Shown piece after piece: positions 9,581 through 20,363 of a DNA stretch of 64,000 bases (position 1 is the first letter of the stretch; every line of letters starts with the position of its first letter). Below the pieces are notes generated by a model. It worked only from the letters and a program-made list of their open reading frames with translations. It was not told where the DNA came from and made no database searches. The position numbers and the translations under genes were made by a program. This DNA is from an uncultured Actinomycetota bacterium. Its GTDB lineage: Bacteria; Actinomycetota; Actinomycetes; Propionibacteriales; Propionibacteriaceae. The stretch is taken from the NCBI GenBank assembly GCA_963836855.1, contig CAWILN010000004.1, forward strand, positions 75,577 through 139,576, written 5' to 3'.

Positions 9581-10909
9581 TCAGCCAAGTCCTCGTGGAT
9601 CCGGACGAGGGGTAGCCATGGGATGCTCGGGGAGGATCGCTCCGCCGGCAAGAGGCTCGAGGAGAGCGATGTGCCGGGCGACGTCAACGCGCAGATCGAA
9701 GGGGACCGATTGTTGCAGACGCTCATATGCCGCGGCTAGCCTTCGCGTGACCGCCGGCGATGACGCTCCATAGATAGCGATCTCCGTGAACGCCAGGTCG
9801 ACAGTCTCGGCCCACGTGGGTTCTGCATGCATGAGCCGCACGACACCGTCGGTATCCATGAAGAAACCTGTGGGCTGAGGGCGCCGCCCGATCCGCAGCA
9901 ACAGCTCCTCTAGACGGTCGATGACAACAACGGCTGTGGTCGGCTGGTTTACCGCCGGTGAGAGGGCCTGGCTGGCAACATCGACGAGTTCGCGGATTCC
10001 GTACAGCGGATCCTGGTACATCGTGCGGGACCGACCGAGGTGGACACAGCCGCGAACTGCGTCGTCAGGCGGGCCGTCGCCACCGTGAATCGCCACCAGA
10101 GCAGCGCCGGGCGGGAGATATTCTCCCACCTTTGGCAGGAACTGCAGCAGGCAGTCGTACTGCTTTCCTAGCTGTACCAACCGCTCACGGTCGACCCCGA
10201 GAATTACACCAAACTGGCCACCCCTGCCGTCGCCCCGCTCTTCTTGCAGCCGTACGAGTTGTGGGTCCTGATCCACTTGTGGTGCCGCGGCCGACAGATA
10301 GCTCGCCGCGACGGGTCGATTGAAACTTAGGGCGTGGCGCGTCTCGTCCGCAACTGCGGTCACCACCCAACTGACCTGCAACAGACGCATAGTGGCCGTC
10401 ACATAGACGACAAAGACGACCAGGCTCGCCAGTACAAACAGAACCCCGAGCGTGACGGCGAGGCGGAGCACATCTGCGCTGGACGACGCACCCTCGACGA
10501 CGATGACGACGATCGCGTACGCGAACGTGGCAAGGAACAGCCCGAAGGCAAGTTTCGTGACGCCCGACCGGACGAACGTACGGATCACCCGTGGGGAAAG
10601 TTGGGCGCTCGCCAACTGGAGGGCCACGAGCGTGATCGTGAAGACAACTCCGACGAAGGTAAGCATCGACGCGGCGATGATGCCCAGAAGCGATTCAGCG
10701 GAGCTTGCCCTGACAGGTAGGCCCCCTCCGACCTTGGCAAGTCCATCGATCGAATCCGCCCTCGAAACTGCCAACCCGACGGCAATCCCTGCAACGAGCA
10801 ACGCAGCTGGTACGACCCAGAACCGTTCGCGAACCCACTCTTGCGCGAGCACAACCCGGAATCGATTCCTGGATTCCGGCCGTAGGGCTTGCACTGATGC
10901 CGTGGGCAC
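9581..10909 (-). CDS. DUF2254 domain membrane protein
   Basis: 442-aa ORF with four N-terminal TM helices followed by a soluble domain. Same strand as the antiporter and upstream of it, so likely co-transcribed. Confidence 0.6.
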   Translation of the reverse strand: MPTASVQALRPESRNRFRVVLAQEWVRERFWVVPAALLVAGIAVGLAVSRADSIDGLAKVGGGLPVRASSAESLLGIIAASMLTFVGVVFTITLVALQLASAQLSPRVIRTFVRSGVTKLAFGLFLATFAYAIVVIVVEGASSSADVLRLAVTLGVLFVLASLVVFVVYVTATMRLLQVSWVVTAVADETRHALSFNRPVAASYLSAAAPQVDQDPQLVRLQEERGDGRGGQFGVILGVDRERLVQLGKQYDCLLQFLPKVGEYLPPGAALVAIHGGDGPPDDAVRGCVHLGRSRTMYQDPLYGIRELVDVASQALSPAVNQPTTAVVVIDRLEELLLRIGRRPQPTGFFMDTDGVVRLMHAEPTWAETVDLAFTEIAIYGASSPAVTRRLAAAYERLQQSVPFDLRVDVARHIALLEPLAGGAILPEHPMATPRPDPRGLG

Positions 10910-10993
10910 GACCGACCTACCTCGTTGATCAGAGCGTCAACGCTGTCTCTACACCGCCAGCTCAGACACTAAGCACAATGCCTCGGCAAGACA

Positions 10994-11010
10994 TCACCCG
11001 AGTCGGGTGA
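10994..11010. promoter_or_regulatory. Perfect 17-bp palindrome TCACCCG-AGT-CGGGTGA in the divergent region between DUF2254 and the K+ channel gene
   Basis: Read directly. The arms are identical to 211-227. Confidence 0.3.
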
Positions 11011-11147
11011 GGCAGTCACGCCTCGCTCTGGGCCAGCAAGATCCGTCGCCATCAAGGTCACCTTTTCTCGTGTACCTGATCTGCCTTCTGTGGGTGTCGC
11101 GTCGGAACTTCCAAAGGTCACCGCGTGACCCGGCTTAGCCTTTTTCC

Positions 11148-11738
11148 GTGATTGCAAGCGCGGGCCCGGGTCCTGACGCTTCCTCAGATGCTGGACGTGG
11201 AGTTCGCAGAGTATTTGTCACTTTGCTTCGGGCGTTGGGCTCCACGGTCGCGCTGGTTGCGATCTACTATCTGCTGCCGCTGGACCGCTCTTCGATCGGT
11301 GTGACTGTCGGGATGCTTGCCTTCGGGCTTTTGGCGCTTGTCGCCTTGATCGCCTTTCAGGTCCGCTCCATCAGCAGGGCAAAATATCCGGCGCTGCGGG
11401 CAGTCGGAGCCTTGGCGACGAGCGTTCCACTGTTTCTGTTGCTGTTTGCCGGCACCTATTTCGTTATGGCCGGAGTTTCCGAGGCCGATTTCAGCGAGCC
11501 GCTCACGCGTACTGATGCCTTGTACTTCACCGTCACGGTTTTCTCGACGGTTGGATTCGGTGATATCACTGCCACGACCCCGGGGGCTCGTCTCGTGGTC
11601 ACGGGGCAAATGATTGCCGGCATCGTGATCATTGGGCTTGGGGCCAGGATCATTGTTGCTGCTGTTCAGCGCGGGCAACAGCGGCAGCCGACGCAAGCAG
11701 GCGACGCCACTGACGACGCAGGTAGCCCTCTCGAGTAG
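11148..11738 (+). CDS. Two-TM potassium channel family protein
   Basis: 196-aa ORF with the selectivity filter TVGFGD between two hydrophobic helices. Confidence 0.8.
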   Translation: MIASAGPGPDASSDAGRGVRRVFVTLLRALGSTVALVAIYYLLPLDRSSIGVTVGMLAFGLLALVALIAFQVRSISRAKYPALRAVGALATSVPLFLLLFAGTYFVMAGVSEADFSEPLTRTDALYFTVTVFSTVGFGDITATTPGARLVVTGQMIAGIVIIGLGARIIVAAVQRGQQRQPTQAGDATDDAGSPLE

Positions 11739-11763
11739 GTCAAGCCCTGGCACCATCAACCGA

Positions 11764-11782
11764 ATCACCCGCGCGGGGTGTA
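11764..11782. promoter_or_regulatory. Related palindrome TCACCCG-CGC-GGGGTGT upstream of the 610-aa gene
   Basis: Read directly. It has one or two mismatches to the TCACCCG-N3-CGGGTGA pattern. Confidence 0.25.
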
Positions 11783-11928
11783 CCGGTGGGTGGGCCCCGC
11801 ATCACACGATGGGGTCGTCGAGGAGGGTGATCGGATGAAAGCCATCGCAATCGTTCCTGGGCTGAACCTGCTTTACGTCACTACCGCAACCGAGCACGGG
11901 ACCGAGGAGCGACCGCAGTCTGGCAAGG

Positions 11929-13761
11929 ATGCCGTCCGTGACTGAGGAAGGGCTGACGGAATCCGTCGATTCGCCAACGCAATCCCCGGTATCCGAAGTG
12001 TTCGCACTGGCGCGACGGTTCGAGCCAGTGCTGCGTTACACCGAAGGCGAATTGTTCCTTCCCATGCCGGTCGAACGTTACGTTGAGGCGGCCGCTTTGT
12101 TCCGCCGCATGCCAGGGCAGAAGGCGCCCGAGTTGATTGCGCCAGCGACCAAGATCAACCTAGCGACCTTGGTCAGCTACGCCGGCAACAACGGCGGCAG
12201 CGATCTCGAGCTCCACTTCGTCGACAAGCCGTTGGGTCGGTCTGCATACCGCCGCTGGCGGCGTCGCCCAGATCGCCCCCGCTTTCATGGCGGAACCCCC
12301 TTCGCAGTGGTTGGCCTTTTCGGTCGCCTCGTCGATTCACTCATGCGGTTCTCCTTGATCGTGCGAGGCAAAGTTCCTGGCGGCTTCGCCGCTGCGGCCC
12401 ATATCCGCTACAGGGATGCGGGAACCCTGGCACCCACGTACTACGTGCGTGCTTTCCGTGATGCCGGATATCTGGTCTTGCAGTACTGGTTCTTCTACGC
12501 GATGAACGACTGGCGATCGACGTTCAGCGGTGTCAATGATCATGAGGCCGACTGGGAGCAAATCACCCTCTTCCTGACCGAACCCGACGACGGCGGTGAG
12601 CCAGAACTGGCCTGGGTGGCCTTCTCCTCCCATGACGAGGTAGGAGATGACCTGCGAAGGCGCGTGGACGACCCCGACCTGCAACTGGTCGACCGAATGC
12701 ACCCGGTGGTTCATGCAGGTGCCGGATCACACAGCGGCGCGTACCTGGCTGGGGACTACATCGTCTCGGTGTCTCCCCCGGCACTGGAGAAGCTGACACA
12801 GCAGTGGCGCCGATTCGTCCGTACGATCACGCCCTCATCGCGAATCCAACACCGCCCGGGGATTGGTCTCCCGTTCATCGACTACCGGCGCGGGGATGGG
12901 CCGTCGGTGGGACCAGGCAGCGACCAGGCCTGGACCTGCGTTGTGATCGACGACGACACACCTTGGGTGCGTGACTATCGAGGGCTGTGGGGCTACGACA
13001 CCCGCGATCCATTCGGTGGAGAGCGCGCACCGGCAGGTCCACGCTACGAACGCAACGGCTCCACGCGGCTGGCATGGGATCGACCAGTGGCCTGGGCAGG
13101 GCTAGACAAGGTGCCGCCGACGCGAGCCGATGAGCTAGCCGCACTGCAACGGCGTGCCGACGACGTCGAACTCGAGCTCGTCGCCGCGCAGGTACGGCTA
13201 GCTGATGAGATAGACCGGCTGCGGTCACTGCATGAAGGGTTGCGAGCTCAAGCTGTTGAGGGAGCTCGCGCCACAGCGAGCTACGCCGCCGCACAGGCAG
13301 CTGTCGCTGCTACTCGGGACGAGATCGCGAATCTCTCGGCTGAGCAACAAGCAGTGTCGAAAGCTTTGGTGACGCCCTTGCTACCGGAACCTGTGCATGC
13401 ACATCTGCGGCATCGGGCGCTGCCCGATCAAGACGCCCTTCACCCAGCAGGGTGGACATTGCGTTTCTGGGCCGCTATCTCGGTCTCCGTCATGCTTCTG
13501 GCGGTCGCCGGCCTGATCATGTACGGCACGGCCTTGGGCATCACCGGGTTCATCGGGATCATTCTCATCGTTGGGGGCATCGAGGCATTGATCCGCGGCA
13601 GGCTGCTGACATTCCTGGCTGTCGTCGTGATCATGTTTCTGATCTTTATCGGCATCTACCTCGCGGTAACCAATATCAGAGTGGCCATTGCTGGTGCGCT
13701 TGTCTTCGCTGCGTTTGCCTTGCTGCTATCGAACCTGGCGGGCTACCTGCGGCGGCGCTAG
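11929..13761 (+). CDS. Hypothetical protein: Vps62-like N-terminal domain + coiled coil + C-terminal multi-TM anchor
   Basis: Intact 610-aa ORF. The block LVLQYWFFYAMNDW...NDHEADWEQITLF resembles the Vps62/DUF946 signature. An Ala/Glu/Arg-rich heptad-like region lies at roughly residues 400-470. The last ~110 residues form 3-4 hydrophobic helices. Confidence 0.7.
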   Translation: MPSVTEEGLTESVDSPTQSPVSEVFALARRFEPVLRYTEGELFLPMPVERYVEAAALFRRMPGQKAPELIAPATKINLATLVSYAGNNGGSDLELHFVDKPLGRSAYRRWRRRPDRPRFHGGTPFAVVGLFGRLVDSLMRFSLIVRGKVPGGFAAAAHIRYRDAGTLAPTYYVRAFRDAGYLVLQYWFFYAMNDWRSTFSGVNDHEADWEQITLFLTEPDDGGEPELAWVAFSSHDEVGDDLRRRVDDPDLQLVDRMHPVVHAGAGSHSGAYLAGDYIVSVSPPALEKLTQQWRRFVRTITPSSRIQHRPGIGLPFIDYRRGDGPSVGPGSDQAWTCVVIDDDTPWVRDYRGLWGYDTRDPFGGERAPAGPRYERNGSTRLAWDRPVAWAGLDKVPPTRADELAALQRRADDVELELVAAQVRLADEIDRLRSLHEGLRAQAVEGARATASYAAAQAAVAATRDEIANLSAEQQAVSKALVTPLLPEPVHAHLRHRALPDQDALHPAGWTLRFWAAISVSVMLLAVAGLIMYGTALGITGFIGIILIVGGIEALIRGRLLTFLAVVVIMFLIFIGIYLAVTNIRVAIAGALVFAAFALLLSNLAGYLRRR

Positions 13762-13984
13762 TTTCTTGGCGCTTCTCGCGCACGTCGCGCTGGGAGCTGA
13801 CACCGTCGTCACTCTTCGCGAACAAAAAGCACGTTCGCTCATCGTTCCTCCGATCGTCAGCGGCGCAACTCCGACGCTCGAAGCGCGATAGTTTTGGCGC
13901 TTCTCGCGCACGTCGCGCTGGGAGCTGACACCGTCGTCGCTCTTCGCGAACAAAAAGCGCGTTCGCTCATCGTTCCACCGGTCG

Positions 13985-16560
<2,576 letters not shown>

Positions 16561-16620
16561 TTACGACCACCGAAATTTCTCCGACCGGGCGGCCTGACTC
16601 GACACTGGCAGCCTCAACTG

Positions 16621-17073
16621 TCAAGTCGGCCGTCGCACGACGCGACCAGCGACGCGCTCGGGGCGAATGCGGACGAACAGCGTTCGGTTTCCAGTAGCCC
16701 ACGGCACCAGAGAGTCCGAAGCCCACAGATCGGCCAACTCGTCGGGCTCGCGAACAGCACTGGTACGCCCATGGAGCACGATGCTCCAGCCGGTCCGCGT
16801 TTGCTGATCCAGCTCGTCCACTTCGAGCGCGACACTGGTTGGCTGGGCCAGCTCCGCCAAGATCCCGTCGGGCAAAGTGCGGAAGTAGACAGAGCCCTCG
16901 TGCATGGCGTATGTGACCGGCAGGATCTGCGGCAGGTCGGCGGCCTGCCACGCGATGCGACCCAGATGATGGGACTCGATGAGATCGAAGCATTGCCGTC
17001 TGCCGATAGCTTCGAAGTAGCGCTCCGATCTGTCATCGGAGTCAGGCCTTCCGGCTGTGGATGGGTTGATCAT
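16621..17073 (-). CDS. Pyridoxamine 5'-phosphate oxidase-fold (PNPOx-like) protein, paralogue 1
   Basis: 150-aa ORF. The block LGRIAWQAADLPQILPVTYAMHEGSVYFRT...ALEVDELDQQTRTGWSIVLHG is typical of the family. It lies 22 bp downstream of paralogue 2. Confidence 0.75.
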   Translation of the reverse strand: MINPSTAGRPDSDDRSERYFEAIGRRQCFDLIESHHLGRIAWQAADLPQILPVTYAMHEGSVYFRTLPDGILAELAQPTSVALEVDELDQQTRTGWSIVLHGRTSAVREPDELADLWASDSLVPWATGNRTLFVRIRPERVAGRVVRRPT

Positions 17074-17095
17074 TGCTGCGCTCCTCCGAAGATAC

Positions 17096-17533
17096 CTACG
17101 ACTGGTGGACTCGACGACCCGTCATCATCGTCAGCTGCAATTGCACGACCAGCACATGCCGACCCTCCGGCCAAGGCTGGGGCGATTGGCCGACGTCGAG
17201 CATAAGCAATGATTCTTCGTCCAAGGGCTGGGCGTTGCCCACAACGAGAACGCTCCATCCGGTCTGAAGAAACTCGTCGACCTGATCAACCTCGAACGCA
17301 ATGGGATGATCGAACAGCTGGTGAGATGCCTCGGTGTCAATGCCCGTGCGGAACATCAGGGCTTCACTGACCAATGTGTAGTTCATCGGGACGATGCGAG
17401 GTCCGAAGTCAGTGCAGTACCCGAGACGGCCGACATTGGTCGAACCGAGGAGGCGGCGACACTCCTCACGATCGAGGGTCTCGAGGCGCCCTCCCCGGTC
17501 AAGCAATGACCAGCCCGGACTGTCGAAGGTCAT
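17096..17533 (-). CDS. PNPOx-like protein, paralogue 2
   Basis: 145-aa ORF: VGRLGYCTDFGPRIVPMNYTLVSEALMFRT...AFEVDQVDEFLQTGWSVLVVG. Confidence 0.75.
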   Translation of the reverse strand: MTFDSPGWSLLDRGGRLETLDREECRRLLGSTNVGRLGYCTDFGPRIVPMNYTLVSEALMFRTGIDTEASHQLFDHPIAFEVDQVDEFLQTGWSVLVVGNAQPLDEESLLMLDVGQSPQPWPEGRHVLVVQLQLTMMTGRRVHQS

Positions 17534-17618
17534 GGCTGCACATCACCTCTCTCATATGGCTGATCCAACTCTCTCGGCTATCGCGACGCTATGCACGTGC
17601 CGAAGGAGATACGTGTGT

Positions 17619-17632
17619 GGGACCAAAGTCCT
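17619..17632 (-). promoter_or_regulatory. DevR/DosR-box-like palindrome (minus-strand AGGAC-TTTG-GTCCC)
   Basis: It matches the GGGAC-N4-GTCCC core of the mycobacterial DevR consensus TTSGGGACTWWAGTCCCSAA at 13 of 14 core positions. It lies 86-99 nt upstream of the first gene of the PNPOx2-PNPOx1-kinase-regulator string. Confidence 0.45.
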
Positions 17633-17647
17633 CCAATTTTAAGGAGC

Positions 17648-17762
17648 TGCTCGCGCATCGCGCGTTGAACCCGCCGCCGTCGTCGTCCCTCGCAGAGGAA
17701 AAGACGCCTCCGCTCACTCCTCCTCCGAGCGCCGGCGCGCGATTACCGACGCTCGCAGCTCG
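17648..17762. repeat. Single copy of the ~115-bp structured repeat family, inverted relative to 54401-54635
   Basis: GCTCGCGCATCGCGCGTTGAACCCGCCGCCGTCGTCGTCCCTCGCAGAGGAAAAGACGCCTCCGCTCACTCCTCCTCCGAGCGCCGGCGCGCGATTACCGACGCTCGCAGCTCG aligns along its length with the reverse complement of unit 54516-54635. Confidence 0.85.
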
Positions 17763-17802
17763 AAATGATCGTCCCATGGTGCCACCAGCAGCGCGCTGCG
17801 CC

Positions 17803-18306
17803 TCAGCCGCGCTGAATCTGGATACGGCCCGAGGCTGCCTCCGCCGAGGGCTTCGGCATCCGGATCTCCAAGACACCGTCCTTGTAGGTCGCGGAAACAA
17901 CCTCAGGTGACGTACCTGGTGGAAGCCTGACCTGGCGAACGAAACTGCCGTAACGGAACTCGCTATGGAAGCCTTTGTCGAACTTCCCGCGGCTGCTTTC
18001 CCGACGTTCCGCTGCGATCGTCAGGACGCCGCTGTCGATCGACACATCAATGTCGCGATCGGGATCGACCCCTGGTATCTCAGCCATGACCACCAGCTGC
18101 TCGCCATCGACGAACTCTTCGACCTTGATGTCTCGGAACGGCCAGTTCATACCCCCGAAAGGTTGCCAGCCACCCCACAGATCCGTCAGATCCCGCGGCC
18201 AGCGCATCATCATGCCCGCAGACCTGCTCTCCCTGGACTCGCCGGTCTGGGTCTGGGTCTCGTCGGGCTGAGGCTCCGTTTCGTCGGGTTGAGGCTGCGT
18301 ATTCAT
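17803..18306 (-). CDS. Hsp20/alpha-crystallin family small heat-shock protein
   Basis: Alpha-crystallin domain VEEFVDGEQLVVMAEIPGVDPDRDIDVSIDSGVLTIAAER...VSATYKDGVLEIRMPK. I prefer the ATG at 18306 (MNTQPQPDETE...), which follows GGAAGGAG, over the ORF-track start at 18393. Confidence 0.85.
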   Translation of the reverse strand: MNTQPQPDETEPQPDETQTQTGESRESRSAGMMMRWPRDLTDLWGGWQPFGGMNWPFRDIKVEEFVDGEQLVVMAEIPGVDPDRDIDVSIDSGVLTIAAERRESSRGKFDKGFHSEFRYGSFVRQVRLPPGTSPEVVSATYKDGVLEIRMPKPSAEAASGRIQIQRG

Positions 18307-18394
18307 CGGATCTCCTTCCTGTGCGAGCCTTTCTCGCCCATCCATCCACCATGACGCGACATTTTCGGTTACCCAAGACGACCGGCCCGACATA

Positions 18395-19690
18395 TCAGAA
18401 TCCGGCGAACTGGGACTTTAAGACGCTGGCGAGCCGGTCAGCATCCGGGCACGTCTCCGGGTCGAAGCTCATCGTGATCACTAGACGGCTGTCGTAGGAA
18501 AGGGCGGTAAATGAGACAGTGACATTTCCTGTCGCCACGCTCAGCGGTACCACCTCGAGGACCCGGTGACCCATCAGCCTGAGCGCTAGGTCCGGACCGC
18601 GGAGGTCGCTTACGAAGGTGTGCACGAATGGCTGGTGATCAATGAAGTATTGGTATAGGCCGAGCCGAGCCAGCAGCCGGAAGAGCGGTCCCAAGACAGC
18701 TGTGGACGCGCCCCGCTGGTAGTGCTTGGCAGCTCGCATGATCGCTGATACCGCGGTCAGGCGATCGGAGAATCCTCCGCGGGTAGGGAGCTTCACGGGG
18801 ATGACACCGCTACGGTTCCCCAGCTGGTCCGCCTCCGTACGCGTCCTCGCGGCGAACGGTACGGAAACCACCAGAGCGTCCGACCGTTCGCCGCGGTCGG
18901 TGAGCAGCTGCTGCAGCGCACCGGTCAAGGCAGTCAGGACAAGATCATTGACAGTCGCGCCGTTGCTGTGAGCACGCTCGCGGACCTCGTGCAGGTCCAC
19001 GACGGTTGTGAGAATGTTCCGGTGTGGTCCGGTGGGCCTGTTCAGTGAGCACGATTGGGCACGTTCGGCCAGCGAGGGACGGAGCTCGTCCAATGCCGCG
19101 AATAGTCGGCCGGCTACTTTCGGGAGGCGCCGTAGTGAGCGAATGTGCTCTCTCCAGGCGTCCTTTGCGAGCGCGGCTCGGCTTGGATGCGCTTGTGGCA
19201 CGGGTGCGGTCGCGGGGGTAGGTGAGCCGTCGACGAGCCCTCGCAGCACGGCCAGCCCTGCCAACCCGTCTCCCACGACGTGGTGCATCACGATTACCAC
19301 AGCAGCTCGGCCGGCCGTCATGCTAGGAACGAGGGTGGCGGACCATAGGGGACGATCCTCAGGCAGCGGCCTGGTGACGAGGTCAGCGGCAATCTCCAGC
19401 AAGCCGGCATCGTCGGTCTCTGAGTGTGGCGTGACGACCGTCACATGATCATCGATCTTGAAGCCGGAGTCATCAACCCAGATCGGCCGTCCGCAGCCGA
19501 GCGGGACTTTCTGCAAGCGTTGCCGCAGCCGCGGGACCGCCGAGATCCGCTGCTGCAGAACTGACCGCAACAGACCCACGTCCAGCCCGCTGGACGCCTC
19601 CAAGATCAGTACCGCACCGACCTGTAGAGGTGGCGGATGCCGTCGTGAGACGAGCGACATCAGATCGTCGGCGCTCACCCTCTCAATCAT
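18395..19690 (-). CDS. Wax ester synthase/diacylglycerol acyltransferase (WS/DGAT, Tgs-like)
   Basis: Intact 431-aa ORF with the catalytic HHxxxDG motif (HHVVGDGLAG). Confidence 0.85.
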   Translation of the reverse strand: MIERVSADDLMSLVSRRHPPPLQVGAVLILEASSGLDVGLLRSVLQQRISAVPRLRQRLQKVPLGCGRPIWVDDSGFKIDDHVTVVTPHSETDDAGLLEIAADLVTRPLPEDRPLWSATLVPSMTAGRAAVVIVMHHVVGDGLAGLAVLRGLVDGSPTPATAPVPQAHPSRAALAKDAWREHIRSLRRLPKVAGRLFAALDELRPSLAERAQSCSLNRPTGPHRNILTTVVDLHEVRERAHSNGATVNDLVLTALTGALQQLLTDRGERSDALVVSVPFAARTRTEADQLGNRSGVIPVKLPTRGGFSDRLTAVSAIMRAAKHYQRGASTAVLGPLFRLLARLGLYQYFIDHQPFVHTFVSDLRGPDLALRLMGHRVLEVVPLSVATGNVTVSFTALSYDSRLVITMSFDPETCPDADRLASVLKSQFAGF

Positions 19691-19890
19691 CGTTAGTCAG
19701 AATCCGGTGTCGATCGAAAGGTGTCCAGAGCCGAACGCTTGGAATGACTTAGGCAACTTTCAGGACACTGCAGGACCTTCGACTCTTCATGGGACATCCG
19801 CGGCGCGCAAGCTTGAACCGCGGGGCGGTGAAGCCCGGCCTTCACGCAGCCATTTTCACCGCCCCCCAACCCAACGAACGGAGTCTGGTC

Positions 19891-20349
19891 ATGACCTCAT
19901 CACAGAATGAGAGACAACGGTCCACCAAGGATTTCGTCGAGCTGTCGGAGGCCAAATGTCAGGAACTTCTGGCACAGCACACCGCAGGCCGGATTAGTTT
20001 TGTGGCCGGGGACGGGCCGCTGATCCTGCCGGTGACCTACCAGTACCGCAACGGCAGCGTGATCTTCCGAACGTCTCCAGTCGGACCTCTTGCAGAGCTC
20101 GTCCGGCGAACGAGTGTGGCCTTCGAGATCGACGAAATCGACGAACAGAACAAATCGGGCTGGAGCGTTCTGGTGCTCGGATTCGCCGAGGCGATGGCTC
20201 ACAACTATCTGCTCACATCGGCCTGGGAGACTGGCCCGGTGCCCTGGGCGGACGGAGTTCGGAACCTATTTGTCGAGATCAAGCCGCGAAAGATCAGCGG
20301 CCGGGCGGTAGGGGGCTTCTTCACGACGCCAACGCCTGAAGCTCGCTAG
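19891..20349 (+). CDS. PNPOx-like protein, paralogue 3
   Basis: ATG at 19891 follows ACGGAG. The block AGRISFVAGDGPLILPVTYQYRNGSVIFRT...AFEIDEIDEQNKSGWSVLVLG parallels the other two paralogues. Confidence 0.75.
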   Translation: MTSSQNERQRSTKDFVELSEAKCQELLAQHTAGRISFVAGDGPLILPVTYQYRNGSVIFRTSPVGPLAELVRRTSVAFEIDEIDEQNKSGWSVLVLGFAEAMAHNYLLTSAWETGPVPWADGVRNLFVEIKPRKISGRAVGGFFTTPTPEAR

Positions 20350-20363
20350 GTCATTCGGAGTCG

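Noticed and set aside
19811-19826. GCTTGAACCGCGGGG resembles the tRNA-Ser T-arm region (TTTGAACCCGCGGAGG), so it was considered a possible distal att site.
   Set aside because: It is only a ~13-nt imperfect match, 30 kb away. The intervening DNA is core-like (murJ, LigD-Pol, ABC importer). Most likely coincidence in GC-rich sequence.
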